Positions 29,075 to 39,061 of a DNA stretch of 64,000 nt are shown piece by piece (positions within the stretch are counted from its first letter, which is position 1; every line of letters starts with the position of its first letter). This DNA comes from Candidatus Moraniibacteriota bacterium (lineage in GTDB: Bacteria > Patescibacteriota > Minisyncoccia > Moranbacterales > GCA-2747515): NCBI GenBank assembly GCA_046116545.1, contig CP175956.1, positions 961,734-1,025,733 on the forward strand. Reading direction: 5' to 3'. The notes below the pieces were generated by a model, which had not been told where the DNA came from, searched no databases, and worked only from the letters and a program-made list of their open reading frames with translations. Made by a program: the position numbers and the translations under genes.

Positions 29075-31045
29075 CTACTGCCAATACCCACTAGCATCAG
29101 AAGTGGCTGTGTATGTCACAGATCCAGTATAAACTCCTGAAGGTTGTGATGGTGATACATCTACTTTGTAACATACATCAGTTGTTGATGAAGTTGAATT
29201 ATATGCTGTGTATGCTGCTATTGCTTGAGCTGTTTGTGGTACACCTGCATATTCTGCATCATCATTTGTTGTTCCTTCTTCACACAGATCTCCTGAGGTT
29301 GTCCATATGTTATTGAAGGTGTTATGAGTTGTATCATTTTGTGGAAATTGTATTACTGAGAAACCTAAACCTTTTGTTGTTGGAGCGTTCCAAGATTCTG
29401 TTACTTTTGTTGTTTGATCAAATTGTGTTAGGTCTGGTATTTCATCTGTATTATTTGAATGTACTAGGGTTGTATTTGAAGCTCCATTATCATTTATCAT
29501 TGATAGGTAGTAACCTTGGGTATCATTTGTTGTTACTATACAAGTTGATTGTCCTACTGCTGGAGTTCCTGCTATTACTATTCCTGGGTTTGCTACTGTT
29601 CCTAGTATTACATCATAATCTCCTGTTGATCCATCTTTATCATAACAATCCATTGATAGGGTTGCATTTACTTCTACATTTAGGTTTAGGTCATCTATTC
29701 CTGATATTGTTCCATCTCCGTTTACAATATAAGTTGTTGCATGGTTTGTTGTGAATGTACATATTCCGTTTGTTACTGTACATGTTGTATGGGTATTCCA
29801 TGTTACTTCTCCTTCTAGTTGTGAAAGGACTTCTAGTTCCATATCATTGTAAGCTTCGCTTACAGTTATTTCCATTGTTATATCATTTGAGAAGGTTAGG
29901 TTTTCATTTGGTATACCTAATCTTACTGCTCCTACTGCATTTGGATGATCTCCTCTTTCTTCATTTAATGTATTTTGGGTTATGAAGTTTTCAAAGTTGA
30001 AGTTTCCATTTAATGCTTCTGTTATCACTGTATTATTTGGGAATATTGCATTTGTTGTGTTTGATTGAAATGTTACTTGTGCACTTGCTGTTATCTGAGT
30101 TGTTGAGTCTATTGTTCCGTTATCTACTGAGATGTAGCTATCATTTACTGCATCGTTTAATTGTGAACTGTCTGGATTATTTATCACTATATCCATTGGG
30201 CCTGAGTAATAAATTACCAAACGACCTTCATTACCTGGAAGTCCCACACTTCCACCAACTCCAATACCAATTTGATAATCAGAATCACTAGTATTAGCAG
30301 GAGTTATTCCAGAGCCTCCCTCAATAACTATATCATCTGCAGCCGGATCCACATGACTTGAACCTCCACCGCCTGACCGAACATTACCATTATTATAAAG
30401 TCCTGCATAACCACCATACCAACCAGCTCCACCACCGCCACCGCCACCGTCACCGTCACCTCCAATAAATTGTCCAGCACCACTTGATTGAGTTCCTCCT
30501 GCTCCACCATCACATCCTGCACCTGCAGATCCAATTAATCCTCCACCTGCTCCACCTGCTCCAGAACATTTATTAAAACAAGTGCCATCCTCAGCCTTCG
30601 TACCTCCTGCTCCACCACCACCAGCTGTTATGATTTCTGTAGAATCAGAATTACGAATAATACCACTTCGCCCACCACCACCAGCACGTCCAGACCCGCC
30701 ACCACCAAAACCCCCAGCTCCACCATCATGACCACCACCAGCTACAATAACTGTAAATGCACTCCCTGGAATTACATTAAACGTTCCTGTAGCATAACCA
30801 GCACCACCTCCAGGATAACCTGTTCCACTAGGACAAGAACTAGAAGCCCATGGATCTTCACCTGCGCCACCTCCACCCCAAGCTTTAATTTGAATTGAAT
30901 CACATCCAGTTGGTACTGTAAAATTTTGATTAATTCCACTATATTCAAAAACTTGACTACCTGGTTGACAACCAGCATGGGCTGGGGACATAAAGAAAAA
31001 TACACCAATGCATAATACCCCAGTTCCATATAATATTTTACTCAT
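29075..31045 (-). CDS. Secreted protein: glycine-rich (ALK/LTK-like, phage-tail-type) N-domain plus beta-rich C-terminal domains
   Basis: Signal peptide ending AHA; 'FTVP...IKAWGGGG...GGG..GNEGRLVI' glycine-rich domain; C-terminal 'CYKVDV..SQPSGVYTGSVTYTAT' WxL/Ig-like end. Confidence 0.75.
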   Translation of the reverse strand: MSKILYGTGVLCIGVFFFMSPAHAGCQPGSQVFEYSGINQNFTVPTGCDSIQIKAWGGGGAGEDPWASSSCPSGTGYPGGGAGYATGTFNVIPGSAFTVIVAGGGHDGGAGGFGGGGSGRAGGGGRSGIIRNSDSTEIITAGGGGAGGTKAEDGTCFNKCSGAGGAGGGLIGSAGAGCDGGAGGTQSSGAGQFIGGDGDGGGGGGGAGWYGGYAGLYNNGNVRSGGGGSSHVDPAADDIVIEGGSGITPANTSDSDYQIGIGVGGSVGLPGNEGRLVIYYSGPMDIVINNPDSSQLNDAVNDSYISVDNGTIDSTTQITASAQVTFQSNTTNAIFPNNTVITEALNGNFNFENFITQNTLNEERGDHPNAVGAVRLGIPNENLTFSNDITMEITVSEAYNDMELEVLSQLEGEVTWNTHTTCTVTNGICTFTTNHATTYIVNGDGTISGIDDLNLNVEVNATLSMDCYDKDGSTGDYDVILGTVANPGIVIAGTPAVGQSTCIVTTNDTQGYYLSMINDNGASNTTLVHSNNTDEIPDLTQFDQTTKVTESWNAPTTKGLGFSVIQFPQNDTTHNTFNNIWTTSGDLCEEGTTNDDAEYAGVPQTAQAIAAYTAYNSTSSTTDVCYKVDVSPSQPSGVYTGSVTYTATSDASGYWQ

Positions 31046-31250
31046 ATATTTTTATATTATTTTATCCTTTTATTAGTATATCATATATTTTCATCTTTAT
31101 AAAAAATATATTTGAGTCAACTTTATTTTATTAATATCTTTCTCTTTATACTATCCACATGTGACATATGTTTTTAGTTTAAATCATTATGTTTGTAATC
31201 ACCTCATAAAAAGTGATATACTAGATATTATAAATACGTAATATTTTTCT

Positions 31251-32588
31251 ATGAATAAAGAAATTTTTAAAGCATATGATGTTCGAGGAATTTACCCAAC
31301 TGATATTGATGAAGATGCTGTTTATAAAATTGGTCGTGCTATTGTAGCTGAACTTGATGCAAAATCATTGGCAGTTGGACGAGATGCTCGTGAATCTGGA
31401 CCTGCACTTCATACAGCACTTATAAATGGAATCACTGATGCTGGATGTGATGTTATTGATTTAAATATGATTACTACTCCCATGCTTTATTTTTCATCAC
31501 ATCAATTGGATGTTGATGGTGCTGTAGCTGTTACAGCATCTCACAATCCTGGTCAATATAATGGGATAAAGGTTTGTCGTAAAAATGCAGTTCCCGTAGG
31601 CAGTGCTAGTGGACTTAATAATATACGAGATGCTGTTATTACCAATGATTTTGATGCAGTTACAAATATTGGTATTGTTTCTCAACATGACATTAAACCA
31701 AACTATTATGAATACTTCAGCAAATTTGCTAACTTCGGAGATCGAAAATTCACTATTGTAGTTGACTGTGCAAATACAATGGGAATACTTGAGCTTCCCT
31801 TTTACAAAAAAGAATTTGCGGATAACTTTGATGTTATTGAACTTTATTGTGATTTGGACAATGCCTACAATGCACATGAAGCAAATCCCCTAAATACTGA
31901 TACTCTCGGAGAATTACAAACAAAAGTTATTGAAGAAGGTGCTGATCTTGGAATTGCATATGACGGTGATGCGGACCGCATCGGTTTCGTAGATGAAACT
32001 GGAGCTATTATCCCAATGGACTTAACAACAGGATTAATTGCAAAAGTATTATTGGAAACAAATCCTGATTCAACAATTTTGTATGATCTTCGTTCATCCC
32101 GAGCTGTCAAAGAAGTTATCGAAGAAAATGACGGAATTGCACATGAATGCCGCGTTGGTCATGCATTTATCAAACAACAAATGATTGAAGAAAATGCATT
32201 ATTTGCCGGTGAACTTTCTGGACATTATTATTTTCAAGCAAATAAAAATGGTGAGGTTAGCACACTTGCAGCATTTACACTCCTAAATCTAATGACTGAA
32301 ACAAATAAAAAAATCTCAGAATTAATAAAAGACTTACGACGATATAGCCACAGTGGTGAAATAAATTCAGATGTCCAAGATAAAGATTCTATTATTGCAA
32401 AACTAAAAGAAAAATATTCTGATGGAGAGCTTTCTGAATTAGATGGTATTAAAATAGATTTTCCAGATTGGTGGTTTAATGTACGAGCATCAAATACAGA
32501 GCCAGTTCTACGGCTAAATTGTGAAGCTAAAACCCAGGAGCAAATGGAAGAAAAACGAGACGAACTACTTGCAATCATCAGAGGATAG
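31251..32588 (+). CDS. Phosphomannomutase / phosphoglucomutase
   Basis: FKAYDVRG, TASHNP phosphoserine loop, DGDADR metal loop, GELSGH, RASNTEP. Confidence 0.95.
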   Translation: MNKEIFKAYDVRGIYPTDIDEDAVYKIGRAIVAELDAKSLAVGRDARESGPALHTALINGITDAGCDVIDLNMITTPMLYFSSHQLDVDGAVAVTASHNPGQYNGIKVCRKNAVPVGSASGLNNIRDAVITNDFDAVTNIGIVSQHDIKPNYYEYFSKFANFGDRKFTIVVDCANTMGILELPFYKKEFADNFDVIELYCDLDNAYNAHEANPLNTDTLGELQTKVIEEGADLGIAYDGDADRIGFVDETGAIIPMDLTTGLIAKVLLETNPDSTILYDLRSSRAVKEVIEENDGIAHECRVGHAFIKQQMIEENALFAGELSGHYYFQANKNGEVSTLAAFTLLNLMTETNKKISELIKDLRRYSHSGEINSDVQDKDSIIAKLKEKYSDGELSELDGIKIDFPDWWFNVRASNTEPVLRLNCEAKTQEQMEEKRDELLAIIRG

Positions 32589-32606
32589 CTCAACCTCATA
32601 TAAATA

Positions 32607-32646
32607 AAAATTACCATTTTAATTACATAATTAAAATGGTAATTTT
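32607..32646. terminator. Bidirectional terminator between convergent pgm and trpS
   Basis: Perfect 19-bp inverted repeat aaaattaccattttaatta-ca-taattaaaatggtaatttt. Confidence 0.8.
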
Positions 32647-32666
32647 ATATTTTCAATCTCAACTAT

Positions 32667-33650
32667 CTACACAACAAATCCGATTTTTTCTTTCACATCC
32701 TTCATTTTTTGTTCAGCTTGCTCATTTGCTTTTTTTGCACCTCTGCTCAAAATTTCTTTTATCGCCTCATCGCTAATATTATTTACTTTTTGCTGAAATG
32801 GTTCCAAAAACTCAATAATTACTTCCGCTAATTCATTTTTAAAATCTCCATATCCCTTTCCTTGATATTTTTGTTCAATTTCTTCTGTTTTCTTATTTGA
32901 TAACAATGAATAAATGTTTATCAAGTTTTGCAATGCTGGTTTGTCATCACTGTAAATAATTTCACTACCACTATCAGTTACTGCTTTTTTAATCTTCTTA
33001 CGCACAACATCAGCATCATCCATAAGTGTAATATAATTATATTCACTTGTTGCAGATTTACTCATTTTTTTACTAGGATCATCAAGTCCCATAATTCTCT
33101 TACCTTCTTCTGATAAAACTGGTTGTGGAACCATGAATGTATTACCGAATTTCTTGTTAAATCTACGTGCTAATGTACGAGCTAATTCAACATGTTGCAC
33201 TTGATCCTCACCAACTGGCACAACATCAGTATCATACAAAATAATATCAGCAGCCATAAGTACTGGATAATCAAAAAGTCCCACACTAGATCTCTCAGAG
33301 CCCTCCTTATTACTCTTATCTTTAAACTGCGTCATTTTTTCCATATCCCCCATTCGTGCGGCCACACAATTCAAAATCCAACAAAGTTCTGAATGAGCAC
33401 TTACATCAGACTGTACAAAAATATTTGATTTTTCTGGATCAATGCCAAGTGCTACATACATCTTTGCAACATCTAAAATCCTTCTATTTAATTCTTCTGG
33501 ATTTTGTCCTACAGTTATAGCATGTAAATCAACAATACAAAAAGTTGCATCATACTCATCTTGCATTTTAACCCAGTTTTTTATAGCTCCTAAATAATTT
33601 CCCAAATGTAAATCACCACTAGGCTGTACTCCCGAAAATGTCTTTTTCAT
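32667..33650 (-). CDS. trpS: Tryptophan--tRNA ligase
   Basis: SGVQPSG.LHLGNY, YPVLMAADI, VPVGEDQ, KMSKS. Confidence 0.97.
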   Translation of the reverse strand: MKKTFSGVQPSGDLHLGNYLGAIKNWVKMQDEYDATFCIVDLHAITVGQNPEELNRRILDVAKMYVALGIDPEKSNIFVQSDVSAHSELCWILNCVAARMGDMEKMTQFKDKSNKEGSERSSVGLFDYPVLMAADIILYDTDVVPVGEDQVQHVELARTLARRFNKKFGNTFMVPQPVLSEEGKRIMGLDDPSKKMSKSATSEYNYITLMDDADVVRKKIKKAVTDSGSEIIYSDDKPALQNLINIYSLLSNKKTEEIEQKYQGKGYGDFKNELAEVIIEFLEPFQQKVNNISDEAIKEILSRGAKKANEQAEQKMKDVKEKIGFVV

Positions 33651-33692
33651 AATATTTTATTTAATATTTCAATGCCTCAATTGTAACATAAT

Positions 33693-33724
33693 AAAAAGAA
33701 CACCTACAAGAGGTGTCCTTTTTT
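33693..33724 (-). terminator. Terminator-like hairpin after rnj
   Basis: aaaaagaacacct-acaag-aggtgtccttttt. Confidence 0.6.
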
Positions 33725-33739
33725 ATATTCAAGTAAAAA

Positions 33740-35764
33740 CTATACTTCAATAACAACTGGAAGAACCATTGGTCTTCGTTGTGTCTTTTGAAATAAGAAT
33801 TCACCAACTCTATCACGGATATCAGTTTCAACTTGTCTATAATCCATTTTAGAATCAGTACTAGTTGTTTTTTTGATGACATCTCTAACTTTTCTTTTTG
33901 TATCATTAATTAAGTCAAAGTTATCTTTAACATAAATAAATCCACGAGAAGTTATTTGCATATTCCCAACAACTTGTTTAGTTTTACTATCAATAAGTAC
34001 AGTGATTACATACATACCATCTTCAGCAAGCATTTGTCTGTCTCTAAGTACAACATGACCAATATCACCCACACCAAGACCGTCCACAAATACATAGCTA
34101 GAATCAGCTTTTTCCTTACGGATTTTAACTCCTGTTTTTCTAAATTCTATAATACTACCATTATCCAAAATCGCAATACGCTTTGGAGGAAATCCATCTG
34201 CAATAGCAAGTTTAGAAGCTTCTTTCAACATAAAGTAATTTGCATAAATAGGAATGAAATATTGTGGCTGCACCATTTTTATCATTTTTTGAATATCCTG
34301 CTTTGTTGCATGTCCACTAGTATGGATGTCTGCCATAATACTAGAATGCACAACATTATCACATTTTCTGTACAAATTATCTTTCAACCGCTGTACTGAC
34401 CTTTCATTTCCAGGTATAACAGATGAAGAAAATACTATTGTATCTGATTTTTTAATCTTAATGAATCTATGATTATCAGTAACTATCCTATTAAGAACTG
34501 CATTATGCTCTCCTTGAGCACCTGTGCAAAGCACTATGACCTTATTATCAGGATATTTCTCAATATCATTTATAGGTATCAATAGATCTTTTGCAACATC
34601 CAAGTAACCCAAATTTTGAGCAACTTCAACATTAGTTCTCATTGAGTATCCATCAAGCGCAACTCTTTTACCTAATTTACTAGCGTATTGAAGCAATAAT
34701 TTAATACGTTTAATCTGTGAAGAAAAAGTTGCTATGACAATACGACCTTTTGCATCTCTAATAAGAGTTTCTATATTTCCTTGTACCTCTTTTTCGCTCT
34801 TTGATTCTGAAGACATAACACCTAAACTCTCGAGCATAAGAATTCTAGGTTCTGGAAAATCTTTCAATTTTTCATATGAAATAACACTCCCATCTGCAGG
34901 GTCATTACTAATCATCCAATCACCTAAATGAATTGGAGTTCCAACTGGTGTTACAAGTGCAACTCCCATAGAATCCATAATTGAATGTTCTACTTCAAAA
35001 AAGTTTGCCATGAATGCACCAAGTCTAATTTTCCTATCAATATTTTTAACACTGATAGTCCGTATTTTATCACTTCCACCAGGATTACCATCTTCTAATT
35101 TCTTTTTTATTAAAGCCAATGTTAGATCACGAGCAATTACTGGAGGATACCCTAGTTCTTTTAATAAAACTGAAGCAGCACCAATGTGATCAAGATGTCC
35201 ATGTGTAAAAATCACACCACGTATATTTTGTTCTTTCCCTTTTAGATAGTTTATATTTGGAACTATATAATCAATCCCAGGCATATCTTCTTCTGGAAAT
35301 TGCATCCCCATATCAACTATAACTATGTCTTTTCCATATTCAAAAACTGTCATATTACGCCCTACCTCTTCCTGACCACCAATAGGTATAATACGAAGTG
35401 TCTCTTTTTCTACTTTTGGAATTTTAAATTCTCTTCCATCTCCATTTGAATTAGTTGAAGATACTATTCTTTCAGCATTAGTCTGAACCATTTGCCTTCT
35501 ACCACCTCTTTTTTTACCATGCTTCTTAGTTGCTTTTTTTGTAGCTTTCTTTGTGATTTTTTTTGAAGCATATTTTAAAGTAGTTTTTTTCGTACCTTGG
35601 ACACTAGTCTTTTTTGTAGTTTTTTTAAATGCTTTTTTATTTTGCTCACTTTTTTTCTTTGCATTTTCACGAGCTTTTTCTGCATTTTTCTGTGCAGTTC
35701 TACTTACAGCTCCTGTAGTTTTTTGTAAACTTGAGCTATTAGTATTTCTTGTTTTTTTTATCAT
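33740..35764 (-). CDS. rnj: Ribonuclease J with Lys-rich N-terminal extension
   Basis: PIGGQEEVGRNM, THGHLDHIG metallo-beta-lactamase motif, HTSGH, C-terminal RRPMVLPVV. Confidence 0.96.
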   Translation of the reverse strand: MIKKTRNTNSSSLQKTTGAVSRTAQKNAEKARENAKKKSEQNKKAFKKTTKKTSVQGTKKTTLKYASKKITKKATKKATKKHGKKRGGRRQMVQTNAERIVSSTNSNGDGREFKIPKVEKETLRIIPIGGQEEVGRNMTVFEYGKDIVIVDMGMQFPEEDMPGIDYIVPNINYLKGKEQNIRGVIFTHGHLDHIGAASVLLKELGYPPVIARDLTLALIKKKLEDGNPGGSDKIRTISVKNIDRKIRLGAFMANFFEVEHSIMDSMGVALVTPVGTPIHLGDWMISNDPADGSVISYEKLKDFPEPRILMLESLGVMSSESKSEKEVQGNIETLIRDAKGRIVIATFSSQIKRIKLLLQYASKLGKRVALDGYSMRTNVEVAQNLGYLDVAKDLLIPINDIEKYPDNKVIVLCTGAQGEHNAVLNRIVTDNHRFIKIKKSDTIVFSSSVIPGNERSVQRLKDNLYRKCDNVVHSSIMADIHTSGHATKQDIQKMIKMVQPQYFIPIYANYFMLKEASKLAIADGFPPKRIAILDNGSIIEFRKTGVKIRKEKADSSYVFVDGLGVGDIGHVVLRDRQMLAEDGMYVITVLIDSKTKQVVGNMQITSRGFIYVKDNFDLINDTKRKVRDVIKKTTSTDSKMDYRQVETDIRDRVGEFLFQKTQRRPMVLPVVIEV

Positions 35765-35980
35765 AAATAAAATATGTAAATATATTCTAACCGAATAAAA
35801 TCAAAAGAATAATTTACAATAATAAATTTCGTTAATTAAATTAGTTCTCTATAGAAATTACTATAAATAAAATTTCTGTAGAGATTTACCATTATATAAA
35901 TAAAAGTTTGTTTTACAATATATTTTTTGAAAAATAATTTCGACCTTTTCAAAAAATATATAGTTTTTGCTTTATAATGT

Positions 35981-36055
35981 GTATCTTGTAAGAGATTCGA
36001 ACTCTACCAAATTTAAAAATTAAATTTGTACCAATGCTTTCATGCATTCAAGATA
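35981..36055 (-). ncRNA. tRNA-like cloverleaf (non-canonical) within the rnj 5' leader
   Basis: TATCTTG/CAAGATA closing stem, TGC/GCA D-like arm, CAAATTT/AAATTTG arm with a 7-nt loop, AGAG-TTCGAAT-CTCT T-arm; 75 nt. Confidence 0.5.
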
Positions 36056-36129
36056 AAATACATCAAATCCTTTTAGAAAATGAAAGATGTATTATTTTGT
36101 AGCTTAGAAGAAACCTTTATAATCTACTA

Positions 36130-36158
36130 ACTATAGCACGATTCCCAGCTATTTGCAA
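36130..36158 (-). promoter_or_regulatory. Sigma70-type promoter upstream of the rnj leader
   Basis: TTGCAA-17 nt-TATAGT with TGn extension on the minus strand. Confidence 0.65.
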
Positions 36159-36166
36159 TAGTGAAA

Positions 36167-37189
36167 TTACTTCAATGCCTTTTTAAAGTCTTCCACCATA
36201 TCAACTGGTGTTGGATCTTGATTGTACTCCAATGCTAGATAATATGAAATCCAATCACTTAACGCAATTGTCACAAATGCACGATATAATATATCTCCCT
36301 CTGGAATATCAATAATTTCTGTCTCTACACCCTTTTCTTCCAAAAACTTAGCCGTTGCTTCATATCGCAATAAATTACGTGGATGATCATCACTATCTCG
36401 TAACATTAACACATAAAATTTTGATTGTGGATTCGTAAACCCAACAAACTCATTATGATTTAACTCTGGAAAATAATTCCAAAATGCTGGAGTCTTGGCA
36501 TTTTCATTAATTTTAATCTTCCAAATCATTGCTAACGCCTTAAATTTTGTGGACGCATATACTACAGGCGTCTTACCTACAAGACGTTTTGCGATCTCTT
36601 TCCCTTGTATTTCCAACTGTGCAATCCCTTCTTTAAGATTATCTGTCATAGATTTATTGGCAATTGCATCCTGTGATAACTTCCCTGCATTTACCAATAA
36701 TTGAATCATTACTGCCACAAAATGACCTGTTGCTGTTCGTGGTTGAAAATTTTCATATGGAATTGGTAACTTTATATGTGGAACCCCATTTTTTTTACAC
36801 ATTTCTTCTACAGTACCTCCTGCAGAAATCCCAATGCATGGCAAATTATTATCCAAAGCCTCTTGAAAAGAAGCTATCGTTTCTTCTGTATTTCCTGAAT
36901 GTGAACAAATCAAGTTCAAACAATCTACATATGCTTCTGGTGGTAAAGAATAAAATCTATTTTGATATACATCAACCTTTACATAATTCTTGTATTGTAA
37001 CGCAAACTCATTGATATACATTCGTAATACATTTGCTGGCAAAGCACTACCACCCATTCCAGAAATCATAATACGTGAAAAATCGGCGTTTACAGTAATG
37101 TCTTTTGCTGCTGCAAACCCCTCAGCAAATTGTTCTGAAGTTGATAAAATTACACGACGCAAATCACTTTTATCTATTTTATTATTCAT
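36167..37189 (-). CDS. Bifunctional phosphoglucose/phosphomannose isomerase (SIS, archaeal-type PGI/PMI)
   Basis: GMGGSA, SHSGNTEET, QPR, NENAK, PELNHNE, DPTPV. Confidence 0.93.
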   Translation of the reverse strand: MNNKIDKSDLRRVILSTSEQFAEGFAAAKDITVNADFSRIMISGMGGSALPANVLRMYINEFALQYKNYVKVDVYQNRFYSLPPEAYVDCLNLICSHSGNTEETIASFQEALDNNLPCIGISAGGTVEEMCKKNGVPHIKLPIPYENFQPRTATGHFVAVMIQLLVNAGKLSQDAIANKSMTDNLKEGIAQLEIQGKEIAKRLVGKTPVVYASTKFKALAMIWKIKINENAKTPAFWNYFPELNHNEFVGFTNPQSKFYVLMLRDSDDHPRNLLRYEATAKFLEEKGVETEIIDIPEGDILYRAFVTIALSDWISYYLALEYNQDPTPVDMVEDFKKALK

Positions 37190-37305
37190 GTTATTTATTT
37201 TATTAAATTGCTTTGCAGCATCAAATACTGTTCAACAATTTTCACTTTTAATAATTATTTTTTATATTTCATCATTCCATTACCCAACTTACTATACCCT
37301 TAACA

Positions 37306-39033
37306 TTATTTTCTCACTCGTTTCTCTTTCACAAACCAGTTAATTATATCTGAATAACGATCATATGATGCATTAACTCTTTGCGTATTCATACCTTTCA
37401 CAACTTCACTATGCATGAAAGATAATTTTGGTGAAAAAAGAAATATAGCTGGATTTTCTTCTTTTAGCCTAATTTGTTGTTTTTTATAAGACTCATTCTT
37501 GTCATTTTCATCCTTAATCATTCTAAAATCATTCAATGTTGTATTCATCTCATCATCATCAAATAAAGCATAATTCATTCCTGGATCACTCTTTTCATCT
37601 CCATGCCACAAAGGATTTAAACTTGGCTCAAATCTCATCTGATGTGCATACAAAAGAGCATCATAATCTCGTGGCTTAATGATGTTTGAATTCAAATCAC
37701 CTTTTTCATGTTCCTGCACACTCACGTCAACACCAATCTCTTTCCACTGATTCTTCAATTCTTGCGCAACTTTCTTTATTTGTTCGTGATTATTCCCAAC
37801 ATGTAAAACAAACTTCAACTTATCATCACCCTTCACACGAAATCCATCATCTCCCATTTTCCAACCCTTATCATCCAACAATTTATTTGCTGCTTCAATA
37901 TTAAATTTTTCTTGCTGATTTTCTTCATCAAATCCAACAACACCTTCTGCGAATGGAGAATGCCTCGTATTTGCATGGTCTTCAAAAATTGTTTGTACAA
38001 TTTGATCTCTATTCGTAGCCATTGATAATGCTTCTCGTACTTCATCAAATGCCAACGGAACACTCTTTGTTTGATTTAAGAATACAGCAAAATAATGCGG
38101 CAACTCCATTTCTTTATTTTGTGCCAAAGTCTCCAACCTACTTACATGTTCCTGATTATCAACAACAACTGCTGAGACGCTACCATCAATATAAGCCTCC
38201 ACAGCCTCTGCTCTAGTTGGATAAAAATTTGCTACAAATTTTGTAATAAATGGTTCTTTTATATAATATTCTTTATTAGATCTAAGTATATATGCTGTGA
38301 TTGTCTCGTTGTCTACGTCAATATCAAAATCAACAAATTCATACGGACCTGAACCAATTGGTTTTTGATTATATTCAGATAATTGAAATTTATCTGGAGA
38401 TATATCTTCCCAAACATGTTTTGGCAATAATCCCATAGTTAAATTATGCAAAAAATCACTATCACCTTCTTTTAATTTAAATTTTATAGTTCTATCATCT
38501 ATTTTTTCAACTTGAACATCACTCCATAATAATCTCATTTCATTACTAACACCAGCTGCTCCATATTCTATATTGCTTACTATATTGGCCGTAAACAATA
38601 CATCATCAGATGTAACCTTCACACCATCATGCCAAAAAACATTATCTTTTAAAAATATTGTATATTCTCTCAAGTCATCACTTTTCTCAAATCTTTCTGC
38701 TATTTGTCCTATTAATACACCATTCTCATCATAATCAAACAATCCGTCAAAAATCAATTCTGACAAACTTTTATCTGAAGATGATGAATGTGACAAAAGT
38801 GGATTTATATACCTAGGTTGACCAACAAAAGCCTCCACATATTTACCTCCACTTGAAGGCTGCGCAACTGTTACGAAGTTATAAATTGATATCATCCACC
38901 AAAAAAAACTACCTACTATTAACGCCACTAGAAAAATTACAAACATTTTTCCAACAACAGACAACTCTTTCGTTGCATAAAAAAGCTTTTTGGGAGATAA
39001 AATTGTACTTAAAATTGAAGATTTTATAAACAA
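37306..39033 (-). CDS. Peptide ABC transporter substrate-binding protein (SBP family 5), TM-anchored
   Basis: PRYINP, FWHDG..VTSDDVLFT, PIGSGPY, VREALS.A.NR; start uncertain. Confidence 0.9.
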   Translation of the reverse strand: MFIKSSILSTILSPKKLFYATKELSVVGKMFVIFLVALIVGSFFWWMISIYNFVTVAQPSSGGKYVEAFVGQPRYINPLLSHSSSSDKSLSELIFDGLFDYDENGVLIGQIAERFEKSDDLREYTIFLKDNVFWHDGVKVTSDDVLFTANIVSNIEYGAAGVSNEMRLLWSDVQVEKIDDRTIKFKLKEGDSDFLHNLTMGLLPKHVWEDISPDKFQLSEYNQKPIGSGPYEFVDFDIDVDNETITAYILRSNKEYYIKEPFITKFVANFYPTRAEAVEAYIDGSVSAVVVDNQEHVSRLETLAQNKEMELPHYFAVFLNQTKSVPLAFDEVREALSMATNRDQIVQTIFEDHANTRHSPFAEGVVGFDEENQQEKFNIEAANKLLDDKGWKMGDDGFRVKGDDKLKFVLHVGNNHEQIKKVAQELKNQWKEIGVDVSVQEHEKGDLNSNIIKPRDYDALLYAHQMRFEPSLNPLWHGDEKSDPGMNYALFDDDEMNTTLNDFRMIKDENDKNESYKKQQIRLKEENPAIFLFSPKLSFMHSEVVKGMNTQRVNASYDRYSDIINWFVKEKRVRK

Positions 39034-39061
39034 GTATTACATATTATACACAATCATATTG

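Noticed and set aside
29113-30291. Chain of Leu-rich plus-strand ORFs
   Set aside because: Artefact of A-ending codon bias on the coding strand; used only as supporting evidence for the compositional mosaic.
33651-33739. T-box riboswitch upstream of trpS
   Set aside because: The intergenic space is under 90 nt with only a simple hairpin and no T-box consensus.
35981-36055. Calling the cloverleaf a functional tRNA
   Set aside because: It lacks the D-loop GG, U8 and a canonical anticodon arm, and has an irregular T-stem/acceptor junction; reported as tRNA-like only.
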